From NCBI GenBank assembly GCA_020696385.1, contig JAEHCQ010000006.1, positions 1 to 64,000 of the forward strand: a DNA stretch of 64,000 nt, read 5' to 3'. This stretch comes from Methanobacteriota archaeon. Its GTDB lineage: Archaea > Thermoplasmatota > Thermoplasmata > SG8-5 > JAGLSY01. Position numbers and translations under genes: made by a program. Within the stretch, counting starts at the first letter, position 1, and each line of letters starts with the position of its first letter. A model generated the notes under the pieces. It saw nothing but the letters and a program-made list of their open reading frames with translations, ran no database searches and had not been told where the DNA came from. Positions 45,594 through 53,742 of the stretch are shown in pieces.

Positions 45594-46366
45594 AACCAAA
45601 AGTAGCATTCTTTGACTTTGCCAGTTGTGAGGGGTGTCAGCTTCAGGTCGTGAACCTGGAGGAGGCTATCCTTGACGTATTGGCATTGGTGGACATAGTG
45701 TCCTTCAGAGAGGCCATGAAGGAACACTCGGACGATTATGATATAGCCATAATCGAGGGTTCCATCGCAAGGCCAATTGACATAGATCGAATAAAGAAGA
45801 TACGCGAGCAGGCCAGCATACTCATAACCATCGGAGCATGCGCTCACCTTGGCGGTGTGCAGAGGCTGGGTAATCAGTGGGATGCCGAGGCAAATAAGGT
45901 CGAGGTCTATGAGAGACACCCAGGCTCGGAGATAACCAAGGGTGATTCCAACCCATATTTCGCACAGATAAAGCACAGAGCGGTGAGCGAGATAGTGAAG
46001 GTGGACGCTGCCATACCCGGCTGCCCCATTGACTCCAATGAATTTGGCAAGGTCTTGGTCGCACTTCTGACTGGCAAAAAACTACCCATACCAGACTACC
46101 CGGTATGTGTGGAGTGCAAGAAGAACGAGAATATCTGTGTATTCGAAACAGGCGGATTCTGCATGGGTCCAGTCGCTCGGGCTGGATGCGGTGCGCCCTG
46201 CCCAACACATGGTGGCGAATGCGAGGCATGTAGGGGATATGTGGATCATCCGCATACTCAGGCGCATGGTGAGGTCCTGAAGAAATACGGACTCAGTCCG
46301 GATGATATCATGACCAAGAGGACCATGTACAATTATCGCGACTTCGAAGATAAAGGAGGTGACTAG
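45590..46366 (+). CDS. Group 3b [NiFe]-hydrogenase small (delta) subunit, intact
   Basis: CEGC, EGS, GACA, PGCP, PVCVEC, CMGP, GC...CP, CEAC. Confidence 0.95.
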   Translation: MKPKVAFFDFASCEGCQLQVVNLEEAILDVLALVDIVSFREAMKEHSDDYDIAIIEGSIARPIDIDRIKKIREQASILITIGACAHLGGVQRLGNQWDAEANKVEVYERHPGSEITKGDSNPYFAQIKHRAVSEIVKVDAAIPGCPIDSNEFGKVLVALLTGKKLPIPDYPVCVECKKNENICVFETGGFCMGPVARAGCGAPCPTHGGECEACRGYVDHPHTQAHGEVLKKYGLSPDDIMTKRTMYNYRDFEDKGGD

Positions 46367-46367
46367 A

Positions 46368-47666
46368 ATGGGTGAGATAAACATCAATGTAGAGCACTTG
46401 ACAAGAGTTGAAGGCCATGGGAATATAGTATTGAACGCAAAAGATGGAACCGTTGAGTTCGTCCAGTGGCAAGTATCCGAGGCTCCAAGATTCTTCGAAT
46501 CATTTGTCCGAGGAAGACCGTACAATGAACTGAGCCACATCACCTCAAGGATATGCGGTATATGCTCGATAGGACACAGCCTGGCCTCGTTGAAAGCGAC
46601 CGAGGCCGCAATGGGCATCCAGATAACTGAGCAGACTCAGATATTGAGAAGACTAGCCATCCATGCAGAGAACTTGCAGAGCCATGTGCTCCATGTAGGT
46701 TACCTGGTCGCGCCCGATCTTCTGGGAGCACCAAGTGTCGTACCTCTGGCAAGCAGTCATACCGATGCGGTCCTGAAAATTGTCGGGCTACACAGATTGG
46801 CAAATGAATTCTCCAATCTGGTCTGTGGAAGGACAGTACACCCTGTAAGCCTCATAGTTGGTGGTTTCAGCCACATACCCTCAGAAAAGCAATTGAAGGA
46901 AATTCGCCAGAAATGGGTGGATGCGATACCAGATGTGGTCGCGGTCGCTGAGATCGTTCTATCACTGGCTCACAAACTTCCGAACTTCACAAGGGAGACG
47001 GAATTCATCGCGCTTACGGCTGACGATGAATACGCGATCTATGATGGCGACATCGGTTCGACCGATGGCGGACGTTGGCCAGTTGCAGAATACTTGGACA
47101 TAACCAATGAGTTCGTTGTGCCGCATTCGACTGCAAAGTACACCAAGCACAAGAGGGAATCGTACATGGTGGGCGCACTTGCCAGGTTCAATTTGAACTA
47201 TGACAAGATGGGGCCACTGGCAAAGGAATGGGCTGGCAAGTTCGGACTTCAGCCAGTCAACCACAATCCTTTCATGAACAATGTCGCTCAGCTTGTAGAG
47301 ATCGTCCACAGTATCGAGGATACACTGGCTCAGATCGACAAGCTACTGGAAATGGGTGTCAATGTCAATGAGAGGCCCAAGTACGAAGTGAAGGCTGGCC
47401 GAGGTGTCGGAGCTGTTGATGTACCACGTGGAATTCTTTTCCACGACTACACATACGATGACAAGGGCGTATGTGTAAAGGCAAACTGCATAATCCCGAC
47501 CAACCAGAACCACAATAATATAAACTTGGACTTCCAGGCAATAGCCCCAACATTACTGAACCTCCCGGAAAAGGAGATCGAGCTGACATTGGAGATGCTC
47601 GTCAGAGCGTATGATCCATGCATAAGCTGTTCGACCCATTATCTGGACGTGCAGTGGAAGAGATAG
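46368..47666 (+). CDS. Group 3b [NiFe]-hydrogenase large (alpha) subunit
   Basis: RICGIC and DPCISCSTH; close paralog of 39806-41131; GGAGGTGA RBS. Confidence 0.96.
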   Translation: MGEININVEHLTRVEGHGNIVLNAKDGTVEFVQWQVSEAPRFFESFVRGRPYNELSHITSRICGICSIGHSLASLKATEAAMGIQITEQTQILRRLAIHAENLQSHVLHVGYLVAPDLLGAPSVVPLASSHTDAVLKIVGLHRLANEFSNLVCGRTVHPVSLIVGGFSHIPSEKQLKEIRQKWVDAIPDVVAVAEIVLSLAHKLPNFTRETEFIALTADDEYAIYDGDIGSTDGGRWPVAEYLDITNEFVVPHSTAKYTKHKRESYMVGALARFNLNYDKMGPLAKEWAGKFGLQPVNHNPFMNNVAQLVEIVHSIEDTLAQIDKLLEMGVNVNERPKYEVKAGRGVGAVDVPRGILFHDYTYDDKGVCVKANCIIPTNQNHNNINLDFQAIAPTLLNLPEKEIELTLEMLVRAYDPCISCSTHYLDVQWKR

Positions 47667-47700
47667 ATCCCCCAAAAATAAAAGGGATGGAAATAACAAT

Positions 47701-47736
47701 GGAAGAGGCAGTTTAATATGCCTCTTCCCCCTTTCA
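47701..47736 (+). terminator. Hairpin after the hydrogenase large-subunit gene
   Basis: GGAAGAGGCA-GTTTAATA-TGCCTCTTCC followed by CCCTTTC. Confidence 0.55.
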
Positions 47737-47744
47737 TATTTTAC

Positions 47745-48194
47745 ATGAAACAGGCAATTATCGGTATTGGCAATCCTCTTATGGGGGATGACGGCGCTGG
47801 CATAGCGGTTCTCAACCTATTGAAACAGCGCAAGTCCGAGCTCCCGGAAGACATCGATTATGTCGAGATGGGAACTGGTGGTATCAATCTCGTTCATGTA
47901 CTGGCGGATTATGATAAAGTCGTGCTGATAGATGCAGCCAAGTTTGGAGGCCAGCCTGCTGAAATAAGAAAATTCAGGCCGGACGAGGTGCATACACTGA
48001 AGACCCAGGGCTACAGTCTTCATGATTGGGACCTTTTCACAAGCCTGGATATCTCCAAAAAAATGGGCGAGCTGCCCGATGATATTATTATTTTCAGTGT
48101 GCAGATCATCGATGCATCGCCAGTGGATCACATGACACCACAGGTGGAAAAGGCTGTGGTGGAGATGGCTGGTATGATTGTAGATTTATTTTGA
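47745..48194 (+). CDS. Hydrogenase maturation protease
   Basis: GIGNPLMGDDGAG, LIDA, SLH motifs. Confidence 0.94.
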   Translation: MKQAIIGIGNPLMGDDGAGIAVLNLLKQRKSELPEDIDYVEMGTGGINLVHVLADYDKVVLIDAAKFGGQPAEIRKFRPDEVHTLKTQGYSLHDWDLFTSLDISKKMGELPDDIIIFSVQIIDASPVDHMTPQVEKAVVEMAGMIVDLF

Positions 48195-48256
48195 TATTAT
48201 TATATATTTTATTTCATAATATATATTTTGAAGTAGGCTGGCAATAAATATTATGG

Positions 48257-48307
48257 CTATGTTCGCTCATTCCCTTTCCCATACTTGTACGCTATAGCGC
48301 ATACGCC
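48257..48307 (-). pseudogene. Diverged duplicate of the hypD C-terminus (GVCAIAYKYGKGNERT*)
   Basis: Compare the hypD end GGCSIAYKYGKRGN*; shared residues often use different codons. Confidence 0.75.
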
Positions 48308-48342
48308 CTATCGCTCGTTTTCAACTCGCTTACGGGCTATGC

Positions 48343-49428
48343 TCAATTGCCTCTCTTACCGTACTTGTAGGCAATTGAGCACCCTCCCTCGAAAGACACC
48401 ATACAAGGTCCAACCGGGCTCCCTGGCTTGCATGCCTTTCCAAAGAGTGGACAATCCTGAGGTTCCATGATCCCTCTCAGGATCTCCCCGCACTTGCACC
48501 CAGCTGGCTCCGGAAAATCCATGTCCCATATGGGGCTGAGCAGGTCTTCGTATTTCTTTCTGGAATTGAATGCCTCGAACTTGTCAGATATCTCAAGGCC
48601 AGTTCCCGGAAGAACTGGGAATCCGCGCCATTTCACATCACTTTCTACCAGTGTCTTTGCCATAGCTTCGATAGCTTTGGGATTTCCCTCTGGCTTGACA
48701 ACGCGGAAGTATTCATTTTCAACTTCCGCTCTTCCCTCTTTTATCTGTTGGGTGAGCATGAAGATACTCATCAGAAGGTCCAGGGGCTCGAAGCCAGCTA
48801 TCACCTGGGGGATATTGTATTCTGTAGAAAGGAATTGGTACGGCTCCTCGCCGATAATGGCGCTGACATGGCCTGGTTCGATAAGGCCATGGAGCTTGAC
48901 TTCGCCCATATTCACAAGGGCGCGCAATGCCTTGGGAACTGTCCTGTGGCATGATAGAATTGAAAAGTTATCTGGAGGCTGGCTAAGTAATGCGAGGGAA
49001 GTCGCGGGTGTTGTTGTCTCGAAGCCGATGCCCATGAACATGAATTCTTTATTTGGATCATCTTTGGCCATTCTGAGCGCGTCCATGATGGAATAGACGA
49101 TCCGAACATCTGCGCCATCACCCTTTGCATGAGCCAGTGATCTCTCCGCGCCGGGGACTGTGAGCATGTCCCCGAAGACCGTCACCACGATGCCCGAATC
49201 AGCAAGCTTGATCGACTCCTCTATCTCATTGGGTGTTGTTACGCATACCGGGCATCCGGGACCCTGTAAAATTCTAATGCCAGTTGATTCCAGCATGGCA
49301 TCCAGGCCATTACGGACTAGTGTGTCCTGGTGTGTTCCGCATACATGCATGAACTTCGCTTCCACACCAGACTCTTTGATCTTGTCCAGTACTCTTTTCG
49401 CCATGTCCCTGTTCTGAAAGTCCGCCAT
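48343..49428 (-). CDS. hypD: Hydrogenase maturation protein HypD
   Basis: MHVCGTH, GPGCPVC, GFETT, PGHVS, CMVS.EG.C. Confidence 0.97.
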   Translation of the reverse strand: MADFQNRDMAKRVLDKIKESGVEAKFMHVCGTHQDTLVRNGLDAMLESTGIRILQGPGCPVCVTTPNEIEESIKLADSGIVVTVFGDMLTVPGAERSLAHAKGDGADVRIVYSIMDALRMAKDDPNKEFMFMGIGFETTTPATSLALLSQPPDNFSILSCHRTVPKALRALVNMGEVKLHGLIEPGHVSAIIGEEPYQFLSTEYNIPQVIAGFEPLDLLMSIFMLTQQIKEGRAEVENEYFRVVKPEGNPKAIEAMAKTLVESDVKWRGFPVLPGTGLEISDKFEAFNSRKKYEDLLSPIWDMDFPEPAGCKCGEILRGIMEPQDCPLFGKACKPGSPVGPCMVSFEGGCSIAYKYGKRGN

Positions 49429-49429
49429 A

Positions 49430-49834
49430 TTAGGATTCCTCCTTTTTCCCATCATCTTCGTCATCCACTATGAGCCTGACATTTCGTACCGTGCACTGTC
49501 TTCCATTCAGAATATCAACAGCTCCATTGCATTTTGGGCACATGATGATGGGTGAGGCATAATGGTACTCGTCATCAGGAGGATCCATAGGGCCGGTATA
49601 TCCACACTCTTTGCACCTGACATTTGCCACCATGTTGGCGATCAATAGCTGAGCTTTGGCCAGCAGTGTGTTTTTCTTGAGTGCATCAAAGGCAAATATA
49701 AGCTGGGCGGAGTTCAGAAAGGCCAGGTCGCCTACCTCCAAATAGACTTCTTCTATTCGGATGACCTTCTCATGCTTGCCAGCTTCCTCCAGAACTGCCT
49801 TAACAATACTTTCCACAACCGCGAACTCATGCAT
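49430..49834 (-). CDS. hypA: Hydrogenase nickel insertion protein HypA
   Basis: MHE N-terminus, CKEC and CPKC zinc sites. Confidence 0.95.
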   Translation of the reverse strand: MHEFAVVESIVKAVLEEAGKHEKVIRIEEVYLEVGDLAFLNSAQLIFAFDALKKNTLLAKAQLLIANMVANVRCKECGYTGPMDPPDDEYHYASPIIMCPKCNGAVDILNGRQCTVRNVRLIVDDEDDGKKEES

Positions 49835-49895
49835 TTTATTTCCTCTTTATAATATAATCATTTTTATAATTCTAATATGTATATATGTGGCCAGT

Positions 49896-49971
49896 TCATT
49901 CATTATTTAATCTCTCAATTCTTTCGAGCTTTTGAATGTTCGAATACGATTCGCACATTCAAGTCTTCTCC
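49896..49971 (-). repeat. Intercistronic element copy F after hypC, with mini-ORF MCESYSNIQKLERIERLNNE* (49958-49896)
   Basis: Minus strand TTGAATGTGCGAATCGTATTCGAACATTCAAAA shares the first 8 and last 16 nt with copy A; the hypC TGA is directly followed by ATG. Confidence 0.75.
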
Positions 49972-50177
49972 ATCAATTCCTCAAAGAGCTTCAGGGTCTC
50001 TTTTGCCTCTTTCTCATCCACCTTCTGGATGGCGAAGCCTGCGTGAACTATTACATAATCACCGATCTCGATTTCCAACATCGACATGTTCACTTCTCTG
50101 ATCACGCCAGAGCCGAAATCAACCTTGCTGATAGCTCCATCTAAAGCTATCACCTTTCCTGGTACTGCCAAGCACAT
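49959..50177 (-). CDS. hypC: Hydrogenase chaperone HypC
   Basis: MCLAVPGKV, GDYVIVHAGFAI. Confidence 0.97.
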   Translation of the reverse strand: MCLAVPGKVIALDGAISKVDFGSGVIREVNMSMLEIEIGDYVIVHAGFAIQKVDEKEAKETLKLFEELMEKT

Positions 50178-50289
50178 AAGGATACCATATGTTAATCTAT
50201 ATTAAGGATTTGTGGCAGAAATCCACATTTTAGGTCAAAAATATGATACACATCAACTTTTAATATCTATTTTCTGATACCATAATTGT

Positions 50290-50688
50290 ATGACTCAAGT
50301 CAATGGATCAAAAGAGGGCTGTGTATTCTGCTCTCCAGAGGTAATTGGTGGCAGAGTGGCCGAGCACGGCCTTGTGATCGCGATAAAGGACATATTCCCT
50401 GTGTCCGAAGGCCATCTTCTTATCATTCCAAAGCGCCACGTGGATAATTATTTCGAGATGACATCGCAGGAAAGACTGGATGCTGATACTCTTCTCATCC
50501 AGCTGAGGAATAAGATGCTGGCAGACGATCCTTCCATCAAGGGCTTCAATGCCGGAACAAATACTGGCTTGGTCGCAGGCCAGACTGTGATGCATGCCCA
50601 TATCCATCTGATACCAAGGCGCGAGGGAGATACGGACAAGCCTCGTGGCGGAGTTAGAGGCGTGATCGAGGACAAGAAGGACTATTAA
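50290..50688 (+). CDS. HIT family hydrolase
   Basis: CVFC, PVSEGH.LIIPKRH, GQTVMHAHIHLIPR. Confidence 0.93.
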   Translation: MTQVNGSKEGCVFCSPEVIGGRVAEHGLVIAIKDIFPVSEGHLLIIPKRHVDNYFEMTSQERLDADTLLIQLRNKMLADDPSIKGFNAGTNTGLVAGQTVMHAHIHLIPRREGDTDKPRGGVRGVIEDKKDY

Positions 50689-50728
50689 TCCCATCAAGTT
50701 TTAATACCAACTCATCGATACCCGGACA

Positions 50729-52423
50729 ATGACCCAGGATATCGAAGGAATGGCAAGAAAATATGCGCTGAACAATGCATTGCAACATGGCGGCAGTGCC
50801 AATGCTGGCCCGATAATCGGCATGATCCTGGGAAAGAACCCTGAGCTCAAGCAGAAGGCGAAAGAGGTCGGCCAGATAGTTGGAAAGGTCTTGGCCGAGA
50901 TAAACAAGATGAGTGCGGAGGAACAGCAAAAGGCACTTGAGGAACTGGCTCCTGAACTTCTTGTAAAGGAAAAGAAGGAGAGGATCCTTCGATTGGAAGA
51001 CATCGAAGGAGCTGAGGGAGGTGTTGTCATGCGCCTGGCCCCCAATCCATCTGGCCCTCTGCATATCGGTCATACTCGAATGGCGGTATTGAATGATGAA
51101 TATGTCAAACGTTATGGTGGCAAGCTCATCGTGAGGCTGGAAGATACCAATCCAGATACGATCATGTCAGAAGCGTATGACATGATACTCAAGGATCTTG
51201 ATTACCTTGAGGTCGAATACCATGAGGTCATTAATCAAAGTGATAGATTCGAGCTTTACTATGAATATGCGCGCCAGCTCATTGAAAAGGGCGCGGCGTA
51301 TATGTGCCAGTGCGAATCCGAGCAGTGGCGTGAGATGAAGGATAAGAAGACAGCTTGTGAACACCGGGATTCAGATATTGATGACAATCTGCAATTATTC
51401 GATAAGATGATGGCTGGTGAGTTTCACCCAGGCGATATCTCCATGGTTGTGAAGACCGATATCGGACATCCCAACCCCGCGGTGCGGGATTTCGTGGCCC
51501 TGAGATTGCTGGATGATGCTCATCCCATGGTTGGTGATAATTATATTGTTTATCCATTATATAATTATTCAGTCGCTATAGACGACCATCTAATGGAGAT
51601 GACGCACGTGCTCAGGGGCAAAGATCATCTCAATAATACCATTCGTCAGGAGTATGTATATGATCATCTGGACTGGGAAAAGCCAAAGTTCTATCACTAT
51701 GGCTGGGTCAGTATCGATGATACCGTATTGAGCACCAGGCAGATCAAAGTGGCTATTGCAGAAGGGAAATACTCTGGTTGGGATGATCCAAGGCTGGGAA
51801 CCGTTGCTTCTCTGGCACGACGGGGAATACACCCTCAGGCCATTCGTAATTACTGGGTCGAGGTTGGCATCAAGGCTGTGGACATCAAGTTCGCTTGGGA
51901 GAATCTATACGCCTACAACAAAACCATCATTGATCCAATCGCTCACAGATTCTTCTTTGTCTGGGATCCCGAGGTCGTGCGGATCAGTGGAGTTGACATT
52001 CTGAAAGGCAAATGTTCTCTACTGCCAGACGACCCCGATGCAGGTTATCGAGAGACCACTCATGAAGCCGATGAAAATGGCTTCATCTATCTAAATATCA
52101 CGGCAGAGGACCTGGCCGACACTACGCCAGGTCAGATCATTCGCTTCAAAGACCTTGGTAATATGGAATATCTGGGTGAAAAGGGATTCAAGTATATTGA
52201 TAATGATCTGGAGATGATCAGGAATGGAGTCCGTATAATCCATTGGGTAGGTAGCCAGAACCATGAGGTCCGGGTGAACATGCCAGATGGGGAAGTCAGG
52301 CAGGGTGTTGTGGAGCATGATGTCATGGGCTCGATAGGTAAAGTGGTGCAGTTCGAGAGATTTGGCTTCCTGAAACTGGAGAAGGGAGAGCATGGTCTGG
52401 AGGGCTATTTCGCGCATAAATAA
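50729..52423 (+). CDS. gltX: Glutamyl-tRNA synthetase (archaeal type)
   Basis: N-terminal ALNNA..HGG.A extension, RLAPNPSGPLHIGH, THVLRGKDH, LSTR, GWDDPRL, QFERFGF. Confidence 0.97.
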   Translation: MTQDIEGMARKYALNNALQHGGSANAGPIIGMILGKNPELKQKAKEVGQIVGKVLAEINKMSAEEQQKALEELAPELLVKEKKERILRLEDIEGAEGGVVMRLAPNPSGPLHIGHTRMAVLNDEYVKRYGGKLIVRLEDTNPDTIMSEAYDMILKDLDYLEVEYHEVINQSDRFELYYEYARQLIEKGAAYMCQCESEQWREMKDKKTACEHRDSDIDDNLQLFDKMMAGEFHPGDISMVVKTDIGHPNPAVRDFVALRLLDDAHPMVGDNYIVYPLYNYSVAIDDHLMEMTHVLRGKDHLNNTIRQEYVYDHLDWEKPKFYHYGWVSIDDTVLSTRQIKVAIAEGKYSGWDDPRLGTVASLARRGIHPQAIRNYWVEVGIKAVDIKFAWENLYAYNKTIIDPIAHRFFFVWDPEVVRISGVDILKGKCSLLPDDPDAGYRETTHEADENGFIYLNITAEDLADTTPGQIIRFKDLGNMEYLGEKGFKYIDNDLEMIRNGVRIIHWVGSQNHEVRVNMPDGEVRQGVVEHDVMGSIGKVVQFERFGFLKLEKGEHGLEGYFAHK

Positions 52424-52508
52424 TTCAATTTATCTAATTAATATAATAAAATAATAATAATATAAATAAAAAAATAAATAAGATGGAAGAAAATAAGGAG
52501 GAAAGAAG

Positions 52509-53669
52509 ATGAAAACAGCAGACAGGATGAAGAACGTGCAGCCATCACCAACAGTTGCACTGGGTAATAAGGTGGCGGAGATGAAGGCCGCCGGAGAGGA
52601 CATCATATCATTCACAGTGGGAGAACCAGACTTTGACACACCAGCTCATATTCGTGAAGTGGCAAAGAAGGCACTCGATGATGGGTGGACGCATTATGCG
52701 CCATCTAGTGGATTACCTCAATTTCGCGAGGCCATTGCCAAGAGCGAGGGTAAGAATGGTATCTCATGTGATGCCAGTAATATCATCGTGGCTCCGACCA
52801 AGCACACTCTGTACATGACCTGTACTGCACTTCTGGATCCTGGTGACGAGGTCATAATTCAAGATCCCGCATGGGTCAGCTACGAACCATGCGCGACAAT
52901 AAACGGCGCAAAGCCCGTCTTCATAGATTCTTCCAAGGATGAACTTCATTTCACTCCAGAAGCAATAGCCGAGGCCATAACTCCAAAGACAAAGATGATC
53001 ATCGTCAATACCCCCAGTAATCCAACTGGTATCGTGATGAGCGAGGCCGAGCTAAGAGGCATCGCGGACCTTGCCAAGGATCATGATCTTATAGTGCTGG
53101 CTGATGAGATATATCAGAAGATATTGTACGAGGGGAAGCACCATTCCATAGCATCATTCGATGGAATGTTCGAGCGCACCGTGACCATCAATGGTCTTTC
53201 CAAGGCCTATGCGATGACCGGTTGGAGAGCTGGCTGGCTCATTGCTCCGCCAATGCTCTTAAAGGAAATATCCAAGGTACAGCAGCATTCTATAACCTGT
53301 ATCCCGCCATTCATACAATTGGCGGGAATCGATGCATTGGAAAACTCCGCAGATGATGTGCGAGGGATGGTCACCGAATTCAAGGCTCGTCGTGACCTCA
53401 TGCACGGACTTTTGAATGAGCTCGACTCATTCACATGCTCCAAACCCGAAGGAGCATTTTATCTGTTCCCTAAGTTCAAGTCATCCTTCAATTCTATGAA
53501 ATTCGCCGAGGCATTGCTTACTGAGGCCAAGGTCGCGATGACCCCCGGCTCTGCATTTGGTTTATCGGTCGATGATCATGTCAGGATATCATATGCAGCA
53601 TCCCGAGAAGTAATAAAAGACGGGGTTGCGAGAATAGCCGAGGCCGAGAAAAAAGGACTGCTCGGTTGA
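52509..53669 (+). CDS. Class I/II PLP aminotransferase (aspartate aminotransferase-like)
   Basis: GEPDF, NTPSNPTG, DEIY, GLSKAYAMTGWR, GAFY. Confidence 0.95.
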   Translation: MKTADRMKNVQPSPTVALGNKVAEMKAAGEDIISFTVGEPDFDTPAHIREVAKKALDDGWTHYAPSSGLPQFREAIAKSEGKNGISCDASNIIVAPTKHTLYMTCTALLDPGDEVIIQDPAWVSYEPCATINGAKPVFIDSSKDELHFTPEAIAEAITPKTKMIIVNTPSNPTGIVMSEAELRGIADLAKDHDLIVLADEIYQKILYEGKHHSIASFDGMFERTVTINGLSKAYAMTGWRAGWLIAPPMLLKEISKVQQHSITCIPPFIQLAGIDALENSADDVRGMVTEFKARRDLMHGLLNELDSFTCSKPEGAFYLFPKFKSSFNSMKFAEALLTEAKVAMTPGSAFGLSVDDHVRISYAASREVIKDGVARIAEAEKKGLLG

Positions 53670-53742
53670 TTATGTGTGTATGATAGGGCTGAATTGAGAT
53701 TGTATTGGTTAAATAAGAAATCTCTCTGCCTAATTTTAATCC

